A stretch of 64,000 nucleotides of DNA from a virus (Duplodnaviria; Heunggongvirae; Uroviricota; Caudoviricetes), in the IMG/VR virus record IMGVR_UViG_3300019867_000001, positions 29,244 to 93,243 of that record. The stretch is one strand, 5' to 3'. Numbering within the stretch: position 1 is the first letter of the stretch; the number at the start of each line of letters is the position of its first letter. A program made the translations under genes and the position numbers. The notes beneath the pieces are model-generated. The model was given only the letters and a program-made list of their open reading frames with translations. It ran no database searches and was not told where the DNA came from. Of this stretch, positions 19,731 through 29,236 are shown one piece after another.

Positions 19731-22331
19731 TTATAATTGACCAACATATTGATCTAATACGATTACATCCAAAAATGTCCCACTTGGTAAATATAAACGT
19801 TCAAGACGCGTTGTAATAGGCAAAGAAGTAAGTGTAATAGTTTGTATATTATTTATTGTATACGGCGCTTGATTAAATACCCAATTAGTATTATTTCCAC
19901 CATTTGTTGCACCGTAAATAACGCTACCTGCATAAAAAGTATTAGCAGGACTTGCTATGCTATATGAAACATTAGCATGATTGCCAAAATTCAGCTTACC
20001 AGTTCCAGATTTAACTAAAGTATGTGTGGCATTAGTAATCGAACTGATCTTAATTTCTAGACTAAACAGAGCATATCCGTTCCGCGTCCACACTTCGCCG
20101 GTCGTTGAGGATGTGAAGGTGTTGCCGGATACCCAGTCGTTAGGATTGAAATCTACAGCGAGCGTACCGTTTATGCCGTTGTAAATTTGGGCACGATATA
20201 CATCACCAGCACACGGCTGAGTTTGCCCAATGCTAATCTGCGCAACGCTGTCAAAGAAACCAGAACCAACGGATACTGTGACTGTTGCTCCTAATTGAAC
20301 CCAAGTAACGCCATCTTCTGTCGGGCAAGTATAAAATTTCGTGTCACCAGATGATACCTGCCTTGTAACTCGCACCCAATGTAGAGAACCGGCTATAAAC
20401 CCATGCACTACGGTAGAAATCGCACCTACCCCAGAAACTGCGGTGCCAGTCGGATAAATAATAAAGTTTAATTGTCCACTATTCACTCTAAATAAGTAAG
20501 TACGATGACTACCATTATTATCATCTTTGCCAATTAAACATTGTGTGATCGTTGGAGAAGCCCAATTATTAAGCGCAACCTGTACTCTAATATCAATGTC
20601 GCCAAGAATTGCAGAGGTCACACTGTTTGGGGTAGACAGCTGGTTATAGACAAGTACTGGGTCAGTTCGTACAAACTTCACTGCCGCCGGATTGTAAAGA
20701 GGTACGTTCACACTCGCCACGGTCATAGTCGTGCTCGCCGTTAAGCGGATATTTTTGGGGCCGTTGTCGGTTCGGAACTCGTTAAAAGTGTTGCTGCCGG
20801 TGAAGTCGAAGGAGCCTGAGCCTGCGCCTGAGAGCCAGATATTGTTGTAGGTCTTGCCGCCGCCTGCGAAGGTCTTGATGGCTGATGTGGCATCGGTTAG
20901 CTTAGTCGTTCCGCTGTCAGTCACTGTTACACCCGCTGCGGTACTGAGCACTGTTCCACTGCCTGTGATCGCCCTTAGTCCAGTGCGGATAATCGTGCTT
21001 GCATTGGACGAGGTGAAGCTCGCCATCGTGGTATTGAATCCGGCATCGTTCTTAGTGCCATTGGTGACTGTGAATGCGCCATTCGTAATAAAAGCGTCAG
21101 CGAGAGTAAGCGTTCCTCCCGGCATATTCTCTATGACTGGCTGCGTGAATGTGTGGCCTGCACTTGTTAGCGTGACTGAACTGCGGGCACCAAACGTGAG
21201 TGCAGCAGTACCTGAGAGTACACCCGCATTCGTCAAATTCAATGAGCCGTAGAGTGTATTGGCAACAGTTGTATTCAGGATTGGCGAATTGCCTGCCCCA
21301 GTGAAGTTGATGTTTTTTCCTAGTCTCGGCATATCCATCGTGACCGTTCTGCCAGCGATGAAGGCGTTCGGAACATCTACATCATCCTGTGGCAGCGGTA
21401 CGCGAGAAGTCCAGCCATGCGTGCTCCAAGCGAATGATGCGGTTCCTGTAGCAGTCTGCTTGACTGAAGCAGCGAATGTGATATTAGAGTTTCCGCCACA
21501 ATCTCCTAAGTTGCCTGATGTAGCGACCCACGTCCCGCCTGCACCGGCAGCGGTGATGTCCATAAAGTCACAGTTGGTGAGGATTGGGGGATTAGTGCAA
21601 GTGATGGTACGTGGCGTGCCTACTGATAAGACATACGCCGTGGCTGCTTGTACCAATACGGGCATAGTAGGGCTGGAGCCAGAAATTGTTAGAAAATGCG
21701 TGACAGCAATATCATTGTTAAACGCATTTATACAATTTGCAACATTAGTACCAGGAAACACAAGGTCATAGAAGCTGAACGCGCCACCGATGATCGTGCC
21801 GGCGGGGCGATCCAAAGTCATCTTCTTTCCGTTCGGATCAAAACTGGCCGTAGCGATAAGGCTAAAAACGGAGGGATTCAACGTCCAGTCACCCATTAAC
21901 TTGTATGTGGCAGCCCCGTTTAAGTTGACGGTACTACCAAAAGTAAAATCCAATACCTCGTTAGGTGTAATCGTTTGAATGCCAGAAGGTGCAAGGAATT
22001 GCAAAGTTCCGTTGTATTTGCCTGAAGCACCTACATCCATCCCTGCTAACAACTTCAATGAGCCATAACAGTTAATTGATCCACTACCCACCAGCGTAAT
22101 CGTCCCACCTGCGCCATCCCCCGGCTTGGCGTCGAACATCAGGTCACGGCAATTGAACGTCACATCTACGGTAACTGTGTAGCCGGCGTTACTGGTATTG
22201 CTCAGACCATCAAAGTGTGCATCAAGAACAGACGTAGGCAAGTTGCCAGCGCCTGGCGCACCGCCTGACGTAGCCGCCCAATGATTCGCGGCGTCACTGG
22301 TATTGCCCGTACCGTTGACCCAGAAGCTCAT
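19731..22331 (-). CDS. large Gly/Thr/Ser/Asn-rich protein, putative tail fibre/receptor-binding protein (GC-rich island)
   Basis: 866 aa, beta-rich and low in charged residues, with a C-terminal lectin/LamG-like region. Local GC is clearly higher than the flanks. Confidence 0.4.
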   Translation of the reverse strand: MSFWVNGTGNTSDAANHWAATSGGAPGAGNLPTSVLDAHFDGLSNTSNAGYTVTVDVTFNCRDLMFDAKPGDGAGGTITLVGSGSINCYGSLKLLAGMDVGASGKYNGTLQFLAPSGIQTITPNEVLDFTFGSTVNLNGAATYKLMGDWTLNPSVFSLIATASFDPNGKKMTLDRPAGTIIGGAFSFYDLVFPGTNVANCINAFNNDIAVTHFLTISGSSPTMPVLVQAATAYVLSVGTPRTITCTNPPILTNCDFMDITAAGAGGTWVATSGNLGDCGGNSNITFAASVKQTATGTASFAWSTHGWTSRVPLPQDDVDVPNAFIAGRTVTMDMPRLGKNINFTGAGNSPILNTTVANTLYGSLNLTNAGVLSGTAALTFGARSSVTLTSAGHTFTQPVIENMPGGTLTLADAFITNGAFTVTNGTKNDAGFNTTMASFTSSNASTIIRTGLRAITGSGTVLSTAAGVTVTDSGTTKLTDATSAIKTFAGGGKTYNNIWLSGAGSGSFDFTGSNTFNEFRTDNGPKNIRLTASTTMTVASVNVPLYNPAAVKFVRTDPVLVYNQLSTPNSVTSAILGDIDIRVQVALNNWASPTITQCLIGKDDNNGSHRTYLFRVNSGQLNFIIYPTGTAVSGVGAISTVVHGFIAGSLHWVRVTRQVSSGDTKFYTCPTEDGVTWVQLGATVTVSVGSGFFDSVAQISIGQTQPCAGDVYRAQIYNGINGTLAVDFNPNDWVSGNTFTSSTTGEVWTRNGYALFSLEIKISSITNATHTLVKSGTGKLNFGNHANVSYSIASPANTFYAGSVIYGATNGGNNTNWVFNQAPYTINNIQTITLTSLPITTRLERLYLPSGTFLDVIVLDQYVGQL

Positions 22332-22576
22332 GGCTTCACCACTTGAAGCTCGTCAGGTGTTAGCTCGACCACTGGTACAGGCGGAGCTGTAATGAGCGCT
22401 ATCCAATTATCATGGCGACGGTGCATTTCCTCCTCTAGCATTACAGGCGTCTGGTTCGGCCATTCCTCAATACTGAAGTGTAATGCATCACGCCACTCCA
22501 TTGGTCCGTTCTTATCCATTGTATAATCTACAATGACACGAGTAGATCCTATAAGTATTTCTTTATCTATAATCAT
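22328..22576 (-). CDS. hypothetical protein (within GC-rich island)
   Basis: 82-aa ORF. Confidence 0.25.
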   Translation of the reverse strand: MIIDKEILIGSTRVIVDYTMDKNGPMEWRDALHFSIEEWPNQTPVMLEEEMHRRHDNWIALITAPPVPVVELTPDELQVVKP

Positions 22577-22971
22577 GATCCGCTAAAAATCCCATTAATT
22601 TGATCAGCATCAATAACAAAACTTTCACTTATTGGAATTGTAATCGAGTACCCATAATCATACCAACTTAGTAATGGCTTATTAGTCTGAGTATCATTAT
22701 AAATTACCATATATCGAAATGGTCCAATTGTTACACTTGCTGCTACAAATGTAGCATCAGAACCTAAAATAAATCGATTATTAGAGACAGTAAGCGGGCC
22801 AATCAATAGTCCTCCCGCAGTGTAATTAGCATTTGTAGTAATTTCTATTATATCAGCATAAACAGTATTACTTGCACTTGGTAAAGTATTACTTAACATT
22901 ACCTTATAGGTATCTGTTAATCTATGTTTACCTGAAAACAAATCATTAATAATACAATTAAAATTCGGCAT
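22573..22971 (-). CDS. hypothetical protein
   Basis: 132-aa ORF. Confidence 0.3.
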   Translation of the reverse strand: MPNFNCIINDLFSGKHRLTDTYKVMLSNTLPSASNTVYADIIEITTNANYTAGGLLIGPLTVSNNRFILGSDATFVAASVTIGPFRYMVIYNDTQTNKPLLSWYDYGYSITIPISESFVIDADQINGIFSGS

Positions 22972-22983
22972 TAAAATAAATTC

Positions 22984-23328
22984 CTATATCATTAGCTGAA
23001 ATATAGCTTGTACCCAATAAGGACATTGCTCTCGTGCGAAGATAACTATACCAATATCTCCAAGTACTTTATATTCTGCCATACTTGAATCAATAGTAAG
23101 TACATCATTTACAAGTAATCGCGGGCCTCTTGTGATATATGGTGTAAGTGCTGCAGCAAATTTTAAACCACCAGAAGGTATACCAAGTACTGATCCAAAA
23201 TTAATCCGTTTAGCTACTACATATGCAAGTGTATCTAAATCTTCAACTGTTAAATCATCACATTCTATTTTCCAATCAAGCATAATACCGGAATGGGATA
23301 TTAAGTCTTTTCTTATAAACATAATCAT
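22984..23328 (-). CDS. hypothetical protein
   Basis: 114-aa ORF. Confidence 0.3.
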   Translation of the reverse strand: MIMFIRKDLISHSGIMLDWKIECDDLTVEDLDTLAYVVAKRINFGSVLGIPSGGLKFAAALTPYITRGPRLLVNDVLTIDSSMAEYKVLGDIGIVIFAREQCPYWVQAIFQLMI

Positions 23329-23657
23329 TTCCTACGTTCATCAAGCGATTGCTGTATTCTACCAACTTGATTTATAATACTATTATGCTCTGCTTGAAAA
23401 CCACTCAATTGAGCTTTAAGTGCGCCATCTGATTCAACACTGTGTAATTGAATTAATGCCATTTGTTTATCACGTTCTTCTATTTTAGTTTCCAGAGCTG
23501 TAAAACGTATTTTTTGCGCTTGTTGCTCTGCAGCAACCTCAATTACTTTTTCTTTCATATTACCAATACCTGCTATCCATGCAACTAGTATTCCAAGCAA
23601 GATAGTAATTGCGCTACCTATAAAAGACTTTAAAGCAGAATTAACTATTTCCTTCAT
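23325..23657 (-). CDS. membrane-anchored coiled-coil protein
   Basis: N-terminal TM segment (ITILLGILVAWIAGIG) followed by a coiled coil. Confidence 0.3.
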   Translation of the reverse strand: MKEIVNSALKSFIGSAITILLGILVAWIAGIGNMKEKVIEVAAEQQAQKIRFTALETKIEERDKQMALIQLHSVESDGALKAQLSGFQAEHNSIINQVGRIQQSLDERRK

Positions 23658-23800
23658 TAGATTTTACCCCAATGATAGAGCCATGCTACTGTACATGCAA
23701 ATATTATAAGTATTATTAATTCCATCTTTTCTTTAGTGGATAATTTCATAAATGCAAACCATTATAGCAATAACCGCACATACAATAAGGAAAATTCTCA

Positions 23801-24355
23801 TCAGAATCCAAATCCTCTTACAGCTGGAATACTACTAGATCTAATTGAAAAAAGATACTCTATGGAATAGCGAACACCATCTGAGAAATGTTCTACACCT
23901 TCCTTTTTATCTATAGTTGCTGAATCAGGGTTGTTATCAAGCCAAGAAGTACGTTCTATAGACATAATAGTTCCAGTACAACGTGGATGAAAAAACAAGT
24001 TAATCTCGCCTGCTGCTGTCTTAAGCATACGATTTACAGCATTCACTGAATCCACAATAGGTGGCGATTTATTATGTGAAAATACTCTAAAACCATAAGA
24101 TCCAAGTATATTAAAATCTGTTCTACCCATTACAGCTGAAGTTTTTCTGCTCTTCCCTGTAGGATCGGGATATAATGAGATCTTACAAGGCTTTACTCGA
24201 GTCTTTTCATACTTAGGCCAGTAACGTCCTATAATAGCACGAGCTAACATATCAGTATCAGGGAATCCTTGTAATTCATCTAAATACTGAACTTGTCCAC
24301 CTCTAACTGCAAATACTGAAGAGCATTGGAGACCTACGTTAAACCAGTTGTTCAT
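23801..24355 (-). CDS. terminase large subunit, exon 2 (nuclease domain)
   Basis: 184 aa with RNase-H-like terminase nuclease features (…HFSDGVRY…). Downstream of the ATPase exon. Confidence 0.5.
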   Translation of the reverse strand: MNNWFNVGLQCSSVFAVRGGQVQYLDELQGFPDTDMLARAIIGRYWPKYEKTRVKPCKISLYPDPTGKSRKTSAVMGRTDFNILGSYGFRVFSHNKSPPIVDSVNAVNRMLKTAAGEINLFFHPRCTGTIMSIERTSWLDNNPDSATIDKKEGVEHFSDGVRYSIEYLFSIRSSSIPAVRGFGF

Positions 24356-25082
24356 TAAAGCTCGTTAAACTTTAACCGAGTCTTGAAGATACCCAATTGC
24401 ACTTTTAAGACTATTTATATTGTCTTTAAAAGCACCTAAACCAGTATTACAAAAACCACAAAGAACACCACGAATTTCGCCTGTAAGATGATCATGATCA
24501 ATTACAGCTTCTTCACTAATATTCTTTCCATGGCCTTGTTTAAGTTTAAAATTTGTTATATTGCCACAAATCGCACATAGATTATTTTGCTTTTGAAGAA
24601 AAGAATCACGTTCTTCTAAAGATAAACTATGTTTACGTTTGTAATACCATTTTGATTGTCGTTCTTTACCACATTCTTTACAATAAGTTTGTAATTTATC
24701 TGCTCTATACGCATTATTACTAAACTCAGTAAATGTTTTTTCTTTACGACAAACATAACAAATTTTAAAACCTTCTCTTTGATTGAAATTTAATTTATTT
24801 CTTGTTAATGGAATATTTCCATTTTCAGTCAAATGTACTGGTAATTTAAACACTATATCTCCTAACTCTGCTATACATTACTGTATAGAGCAGACTATAT
24901 TATCAAAAGTCTTTAGTGGAGTAGCTTTTAAATTAAAGCCACATCCCAACCTTTGTTCGGCGCTTCCACTGGACTTCCAGTGTACTCCTTTACAGGATAG
25001 TCGTTGCACCTTCAAACTTTAAATTAAGCATACTTTGTATGCTAAACTCTTAGTAAGCTTGGCTCAGGATTGACCACGAGGG
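24356..25082 (-). mobile_element. group I intron-like element (family A) with EndoVII-type HEG, in terminase large subunit gene
   Basis: Family core 24880-25082 plus ORF 24365..24853. The family sequence overlaps the last codons of the exon-1 ORF, so the true 5' splice site is slightly upstream of 25083. Confidence 0.45.
24365..24853 (-). CDS. endonuclease VII-family homing endonuclease (intron-encoded)
   Basis: Cys/His zinc clusters typical of T4 endoVII-like nucleases (CAICG...DHDHLTGEIRGVLCGFCN). Confidence 0.5.
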   Translation of the reverse strand: MFKLPVHLTENGNIPLTRNKLNFNQREGFKICYVCRKEKTFTEFSNNAYRADKLQTYCKECGKERQSKWYYKRKHSLSLEERDSFLQKQNNLCAICGNITNFKLKQGHGKNISEEAVIDHDHLTGEIRGVLCGFCNTGLGAFKDNINSLKSAIGYLQDSVKV

Positions 25083-25958
25083 TTATCCCCTGAGTTCACC
25101 GAATTTTATATCGACCAATAAATCGATACCAATATGAATATCCTCAATGATATCCCCTTCATCATTCATTTTAAACCATTCTAAATCATTTCTAATATGT
25201 AGTTTTCGGTCAAAACAATAAAATACATTATTTCCTGATTCTTGGAATGATGCCAAATACTCCCTCGCGAATCGAATGGGGTCTATGTTATGACGAATAC
25301 GCTCTATTTCAACAGGATCTAAGAGTGGACTTGTTGTATAGTCAAGTTGGTAACTTTTCCAAGTGACGTCAGTATCCTGAAATGTAAACATTTCATAAAG
25401 ATAATCATAACCTTTAGGAGTACTAATAGTAAGTGACCTACCGCTTCGAGGACTTCCGTATTGCTTAGCCTGTTTTGGGCTCCAACGAGTTACTATGGTT
25501 GGCTGAATTATTGATTCCCAAGCTTCCTTTGCTCCTGGAGTTTTAGCCCAATCACGTATTTCATCATTAACGACATAATAAGCTCCACTTCCACGAAGTC
25601 TCTCTATTGCTTCAAAAGAAATTAACTTGAGTTCCACATTCTTAGGAAACCATAACCTGCCTGCATCACGAGAGTACTTCAAGCAATATCCTGATAAACC
25701 TAATTCATAGATAAGTAAAGGAAAGTATATTTCAGAAACCTGCGTATATGTTGGTGCAATAATTAATACATTTTTATTAGGCACAGACTCATCAAGTTGC
25801 ATGAGCTCAAATATAGCATTTGTTGCACAAGTGGCAGCTAAGAAAGATTTGCCCCAGCCTCTCGACGTCACTGCGACTATATTTTGTACTATATCCTTTA
25901 AGAATATTTCTGAGAATATCTCACTCTGCTTTGGGTGAAGTGTGATCGTTGAATTCAT
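25083..25958 (-). CDS. terminase large subunit, exon 1 (ATPase domain)
   Basis: Walker A VTSRGWGKS, Walker B-like VVNDE. Confidence 0.55.
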   Translation of the reverse strand: MNSTITLHPKQSEIFSEIFLKDIVQNIVAVTSRGWGKSFLAATCATNAIFELMQLDESVPNKNVLIIAPTYTQVSEIYFPLLIYELGLSGYCLKYSRDAGRLWFPKNVELKLISFEAIERLRGSGAYYVVNDEIRDWAKTPGAKEAWESIIQPTIVTRWSPKQAKQYGSPRSGRSLTISTPKGYDYLYEMFTFQDTDVTWKSYQLDYTTSPLLDPVEIERIRHNIDPIRFAREYLASFQESGNNVFYCFDRKLHIRNDLEWFKMNDEGDIIEDIHIGIDLLVDIKFGELRG

Positions 25959-26742
25959 CTAAAATTGACCTATTTCTATAATCTTTATTACCTTTAGCTT
26001 TTAAATAAGCTTGAGATGCTTCTTCGGATGTATTAAAAGTACCTAAATAAATAGATTTTTTATTTTCCATAATATCAGCTCTATATCTATTTCTAGCTTT
26101 ACGGACACCTATAGGTAATCCAGTAGTTAATTCTAAATATACTTTTTCACTAATTAAATTTTTTTCAAATGCGATATCTTGACATTTCTTAAAAACCAAG
26201 TTTTCATCAAATTCTCTTAGATTTTCAGCTATTTTTCGAAAACGCATGCTTATCTTATTAAAAACTGAATCTCTTAACAAAGAATCTGGTAACGAATTAA
26301 TATAAGTATTTAAATCAGACTTATCTCTATTCATATTGTATTCTTCAACCCAAGATTTCTTCTTTTTCTTTAAGTATAAATTTTCAATCGCCAAATTATG
26401 TGGGTTTTCATCTTTAAAACAAACTTTCATATTGTCAGGAATACTATCATTATGGTATATCCAAATCAAATAATGATATCTAAATGGTATATTATCAATT
26501 TGAATAACCCATCTATTCCAAGGTTGAATAAAACAACCTGGTTCTGATTTAGTAGTATAATATGGTTTTTCTTTATACTTAAATTTACCATTTTCATAAA
26601 TAAATCTTCGTTTTAATTCTTCTGAAGTTATAGGTCTATTAGGGGATATTTTTAGCATTTGATAGCCTAGCAGTATCAAAATCAACAGGAGTCCCTGTGA
26701 GATTAATTTGAATTGGCATTGTAGCCATAGTATTAATCTCAA
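25921..26742 (-). CDS. HNH-AP2-like homing endonuclease (free-standing, between putative terS and terL)
   Basis: Degenerate HNH region (YHNDSIPDNMKVCFKDENPHNLAIENLYL). Clear AP2-like C-terminus (GVRKARNRYRADIMENKKSIYLGTFNTSEEASQAY). Confidence 0.45.
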   Translation of the reverse strand: MRLILWLQCQFKLISQGLLLILILLGYQMLKISPNRPITSEELKRRFIYENGKFKYKEKPYYTTKSEPGCFIQPWNRWVIQIDNIPFRYHYLIWIYHNDSIPDNMKVCFKDENPHNLAIENLYLKKKKKSWVEEYNMNRDKSDLNTYINSLPDSLLRDSVFNKISMRFRKIAENLREFDENLVFKKCQDIAFEKNLISEKVYLELTTGLPIGVRKARNRYRADIMENKKSIYLGTFNTSEEASQAYLKAKGNKDYRNRSILDEFNDHTSPKAE

Positions 26743-27127
26743 CAGTTTCTATTGCTCGAGCATAGCCATAACGTAACAAGTCACTGATGATCCTTTGTTT
26801 AACTGACACAAGTGTAGTCATTGCTATTGTTGAAAACCGCTTAGGATCACCAGTTTCATCATACATCATATTAAAAATATCTTTTTCAAGCTGACGATAC
26901 ATTTCTATCATCTGCTCAATAGGATCAAATTGCAGCTCTTCTAACTTCTTCGCAGCTTTCTTTGAGTAAATCCTAGTCTCTCGAGGAGATTCGATTATAT
27001 CATCTGGAAGTTTATCTAAATGAAATAATTCAAGCGGCTCGCCCATCGTATCACCTGTATGCAATAAATTGGAAAAACGGACATTTACCATGTGGTGTTC
27101 GCTTTCCTTCGGAAAGCTTTTGGACAC
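26639..27127 (-). CDS. hypothetical protein; possible small terminase subunit by position
   Basis: 162-aa ORF at the head of the packaging module, directly flanking the repeat hub. Confidence 0.25.
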   Translation of the reverse strand: MSKSFPKESEHHMVNVRFSNLLHTGDTMGEPLELFHLDKLPDDIIESPRETRIYSKKAAKKLEELQFDPIEQMIEMYRQLEKDIFNMMYDETGDPKRFSTIAMTTLVSVKQRIISDLLRYGYARAIETVEINTMATMPIQINLTGTPVDFDTARLSNAKNIP

Positions 27128-27160
27128 AGAATTCTTAGTTTACACAGAAATACTGTTAAT

Positions 27161-27262
27161 ATTAATTTATTTACTATTTTTAACTTGCAAATAAAACAGT
27201 ATTAGTATTAACTGTATTTATTATTTTTAAATTGCAGATAAAAGTGTTAAAATATTAATTAT
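27161..27262. repeat. 102-bp direct repeat, copy 1
   Basis: Identical to 28070..28171 (attaatttatttactatttttaacttgcaaataaaacagtattagtattaactg...). Confidence 0.8.
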
Positions 27263-27344
27263 ATTTATTATTCTAAGTATAAACCACTATTATATAAAAT
27301 TTAATAGTATTATGTTTCGTTTTATTATAATATTATGTTTTATT

Positions 27345-27792
27345 TTGTTATAGTATTAGGTTTGTTATTATGTTTTATAGTATTAGGTTTGTTATTATGT
27401 TATAGTATTAGGTTTGTTATGTTTTATAGTATTAGGTTTGTTATTATGTTTTATAGTATTAGGTTTGTTATTATGTTATAGTATTAGGTTTGTTATGTTT
27501 TATAGTATTAGGTTTGTTATTATGTTATAGTATTAGGTTTGTTATTATGTTATAGTATTAGGTTTGTTATGTTTATAGTATTAAGTTTGTTATGTTTTAT
27601 AGTATTAGGTTTGTTATGTTTTATAGTATTAGGTTTATTATTATGTTATAGTATTAGGTTTGTTATGTTTTATAGTATTAGGTTTGTTATTATGTTATAG
27701 TATTAGGTTTGTTATGTTTATAGTATTAAGTTTGTTATGTTTTATAGTATTAGGTTTGTTATGTTTTATAGTATTAGGTTTATTATTATTAT
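27345..27792. repeat. tandem array A: about 19 copies of a 22-26-bp unit (atagtattaggtttgttat[tat]gtt[t]t)
   Basis: Read directly from the sequence. No unique spacers. Confidence 0.85.
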
Positions 27793-28069
27793 AATTTTAT
27801 ATAGGCATTAATAACATAAAAAATAGTATTAATGCCTATATTATAATTTTATTTAATTTTATAACATATAACTATTATATTTATTTTGGTTATTGTTTCT
27901 TATTATAATACTCTAGATAGACCAGTATATGTTAAGTTTACAGCTACATTTAAATAAATTTTACATTAAACTGGAATCTAAGTATTCAGATTTTATTTCG
28001 TTTTATAGAATAATGTTAAGGATTGTTTACTTAAATCATTATCTATAAGCAGATTTTAAAGCTATAAGT

Positions 28070-28171
28070 ATTAATTTATTTACTATTTTTAACTTGCAAA
28101 TAAAACAGTATTAGTATTAACTGTATTTATTATTTTTAAATTGCAGATAAAAGTGTTAAAATATTAATTAT
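28070..28171. repeat. 102-bp direct repeat, copy 2
   Basis: Identical to 27161..27262. Confidence 0.8.
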
Positions 28172-28208
28172 TTATTATAATTTAAAATATTATACAACTA
28201 TTTTACAT

Positions 28209-28550
28209 GATACTAAGTATTATAATACTACAATACTAAGTATTTAAAACTAACAACTAATATAATACTAAGTATTTAAAACTAACATGATACTAAGTAT
28301 TATAATACTACAATACTAAGTATTTAAAACTAACAACTAACATAATACTAAGTATTTAAAACTAACAACTAACATAATACTAAGTATTTAAAACTAACAA
28401 CTAATATAATACTAAGTATTTAAAACTAACAACTAACATAATACTAAGTATTTAAAACTAACAACTAACATAATACTAAGTATTTAAAACTAACAACTAA
28501 CATAATACTAAGTATTTAAAACTAACATAATACTACTAAGATTTAAAAAC
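28209..28550. repeat. tandem array B: about 10-12 copies of a roughly 31-bp unit (aactaacataatactaagtatttaaaactaac)
   Basis: Read directly from the sequence. Confidence 0.85.
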
Positions 28551-28792
28551 ATCATACAACTATTCATTTAATGTATAGATCGTCAATCTATCATTAAATT
28601 CTTAATTTGTCCATAATGGGTTAGCCCAATAGCTTTAGAGCCCATCCTGAAAGCTATTTACTACGGCTATTCTTTATTTTAATATCTTTTACTTTCAAAA
28701 ACTAAACCTTAAGGGAATCGTTCATATTAGGGTAAGTTTACAGCTGTTCTACCTAATCGCATAAACATTAAATCAATTTTTTCTATTAAATA

Positions 28793-28880
28793 AACAAAAA
28801 AAAAAAAAAAAAAAAAACAAAAAAAAAAACCTATAAGCCACTCTAACTCCCAATTGAGGGAATTAGAGTAGCTTATAGGT
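28793..28880 (-). terminator. strong intrinsic terminator for minus-strand transcription
   Basis: About 22-bp perfect hairpin (cctataagccactctaactccc/aattg/agggaattagagtagcttatagg). On the minus strand it is followed by a U-run of more than 30 nt. Confidence 0.5.
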
Positions 28881-28885
28881 TAAAT

Positions 28886-29236
28886 TTAATCTTCAGTTTG
28901 TATTAATTTTAAATTTTCAATTTGTTTTAATTGTATATATGTAACTTTCCTTGTTTTTAAAAGTTTAATTAGTCTTAATTCTAAATTTTCAATTCGATCA
29001 TCTAAATTCGATTCTTTATGAATTACCTTATAGCCTACAGGAATTTCTCCATTATGATATACCCAAACTAAATTTTTTCTTAAATGATATTTATTATTAT
29101 ATTTAATTCTAAAACCTGTTCTATAATGCTGAAAACCAGCTTTCTCACCAGCTTTTGATGATCCAGCACTAATTAACCAAATAAATTCACCAGTTATTAC
29201 ATATGACAAAATCAAATGCCAATTAATTAATTGCAT
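28886..29236 (-). CDS. HNH-like protein
   Basis: HNH-type motif LVWVYHNGEIPVGYKVIHKESNLDDRIENLEL. Confidence 0.35.
   Translation of the reverse strand: MQLINWHLILSYVITGEFIWLISAGSSKAGEKAGFQHYRTGFRIKYNNKYHLRKNLVWVYHNGEIPVGYKVIHKESNLDDRIENLELRLIKLLKTRKVTYIQLKQIENLKLIQTED

Noticed and set aside
27345-28550. Could the two tandem arrays be CRISPR arrays?
   Set aside because: Units are contiguous tandem repeats with no interspersed unique spacers. Unit lengths (22-26 and 31 bp) and AT-rich sequence are unlike CRISPR repeats. No cas genes nearby.
28793-28830. Long poly(A)/poly(T) tract as assembly artefact
   Set aside because: It may be a homopolymer sequencing artefact in length. But it sits exactly 3' of a perfect 22-bp hairpin at an operon boundary, which fits an intrinsic terminator, so it is kept as a feature.
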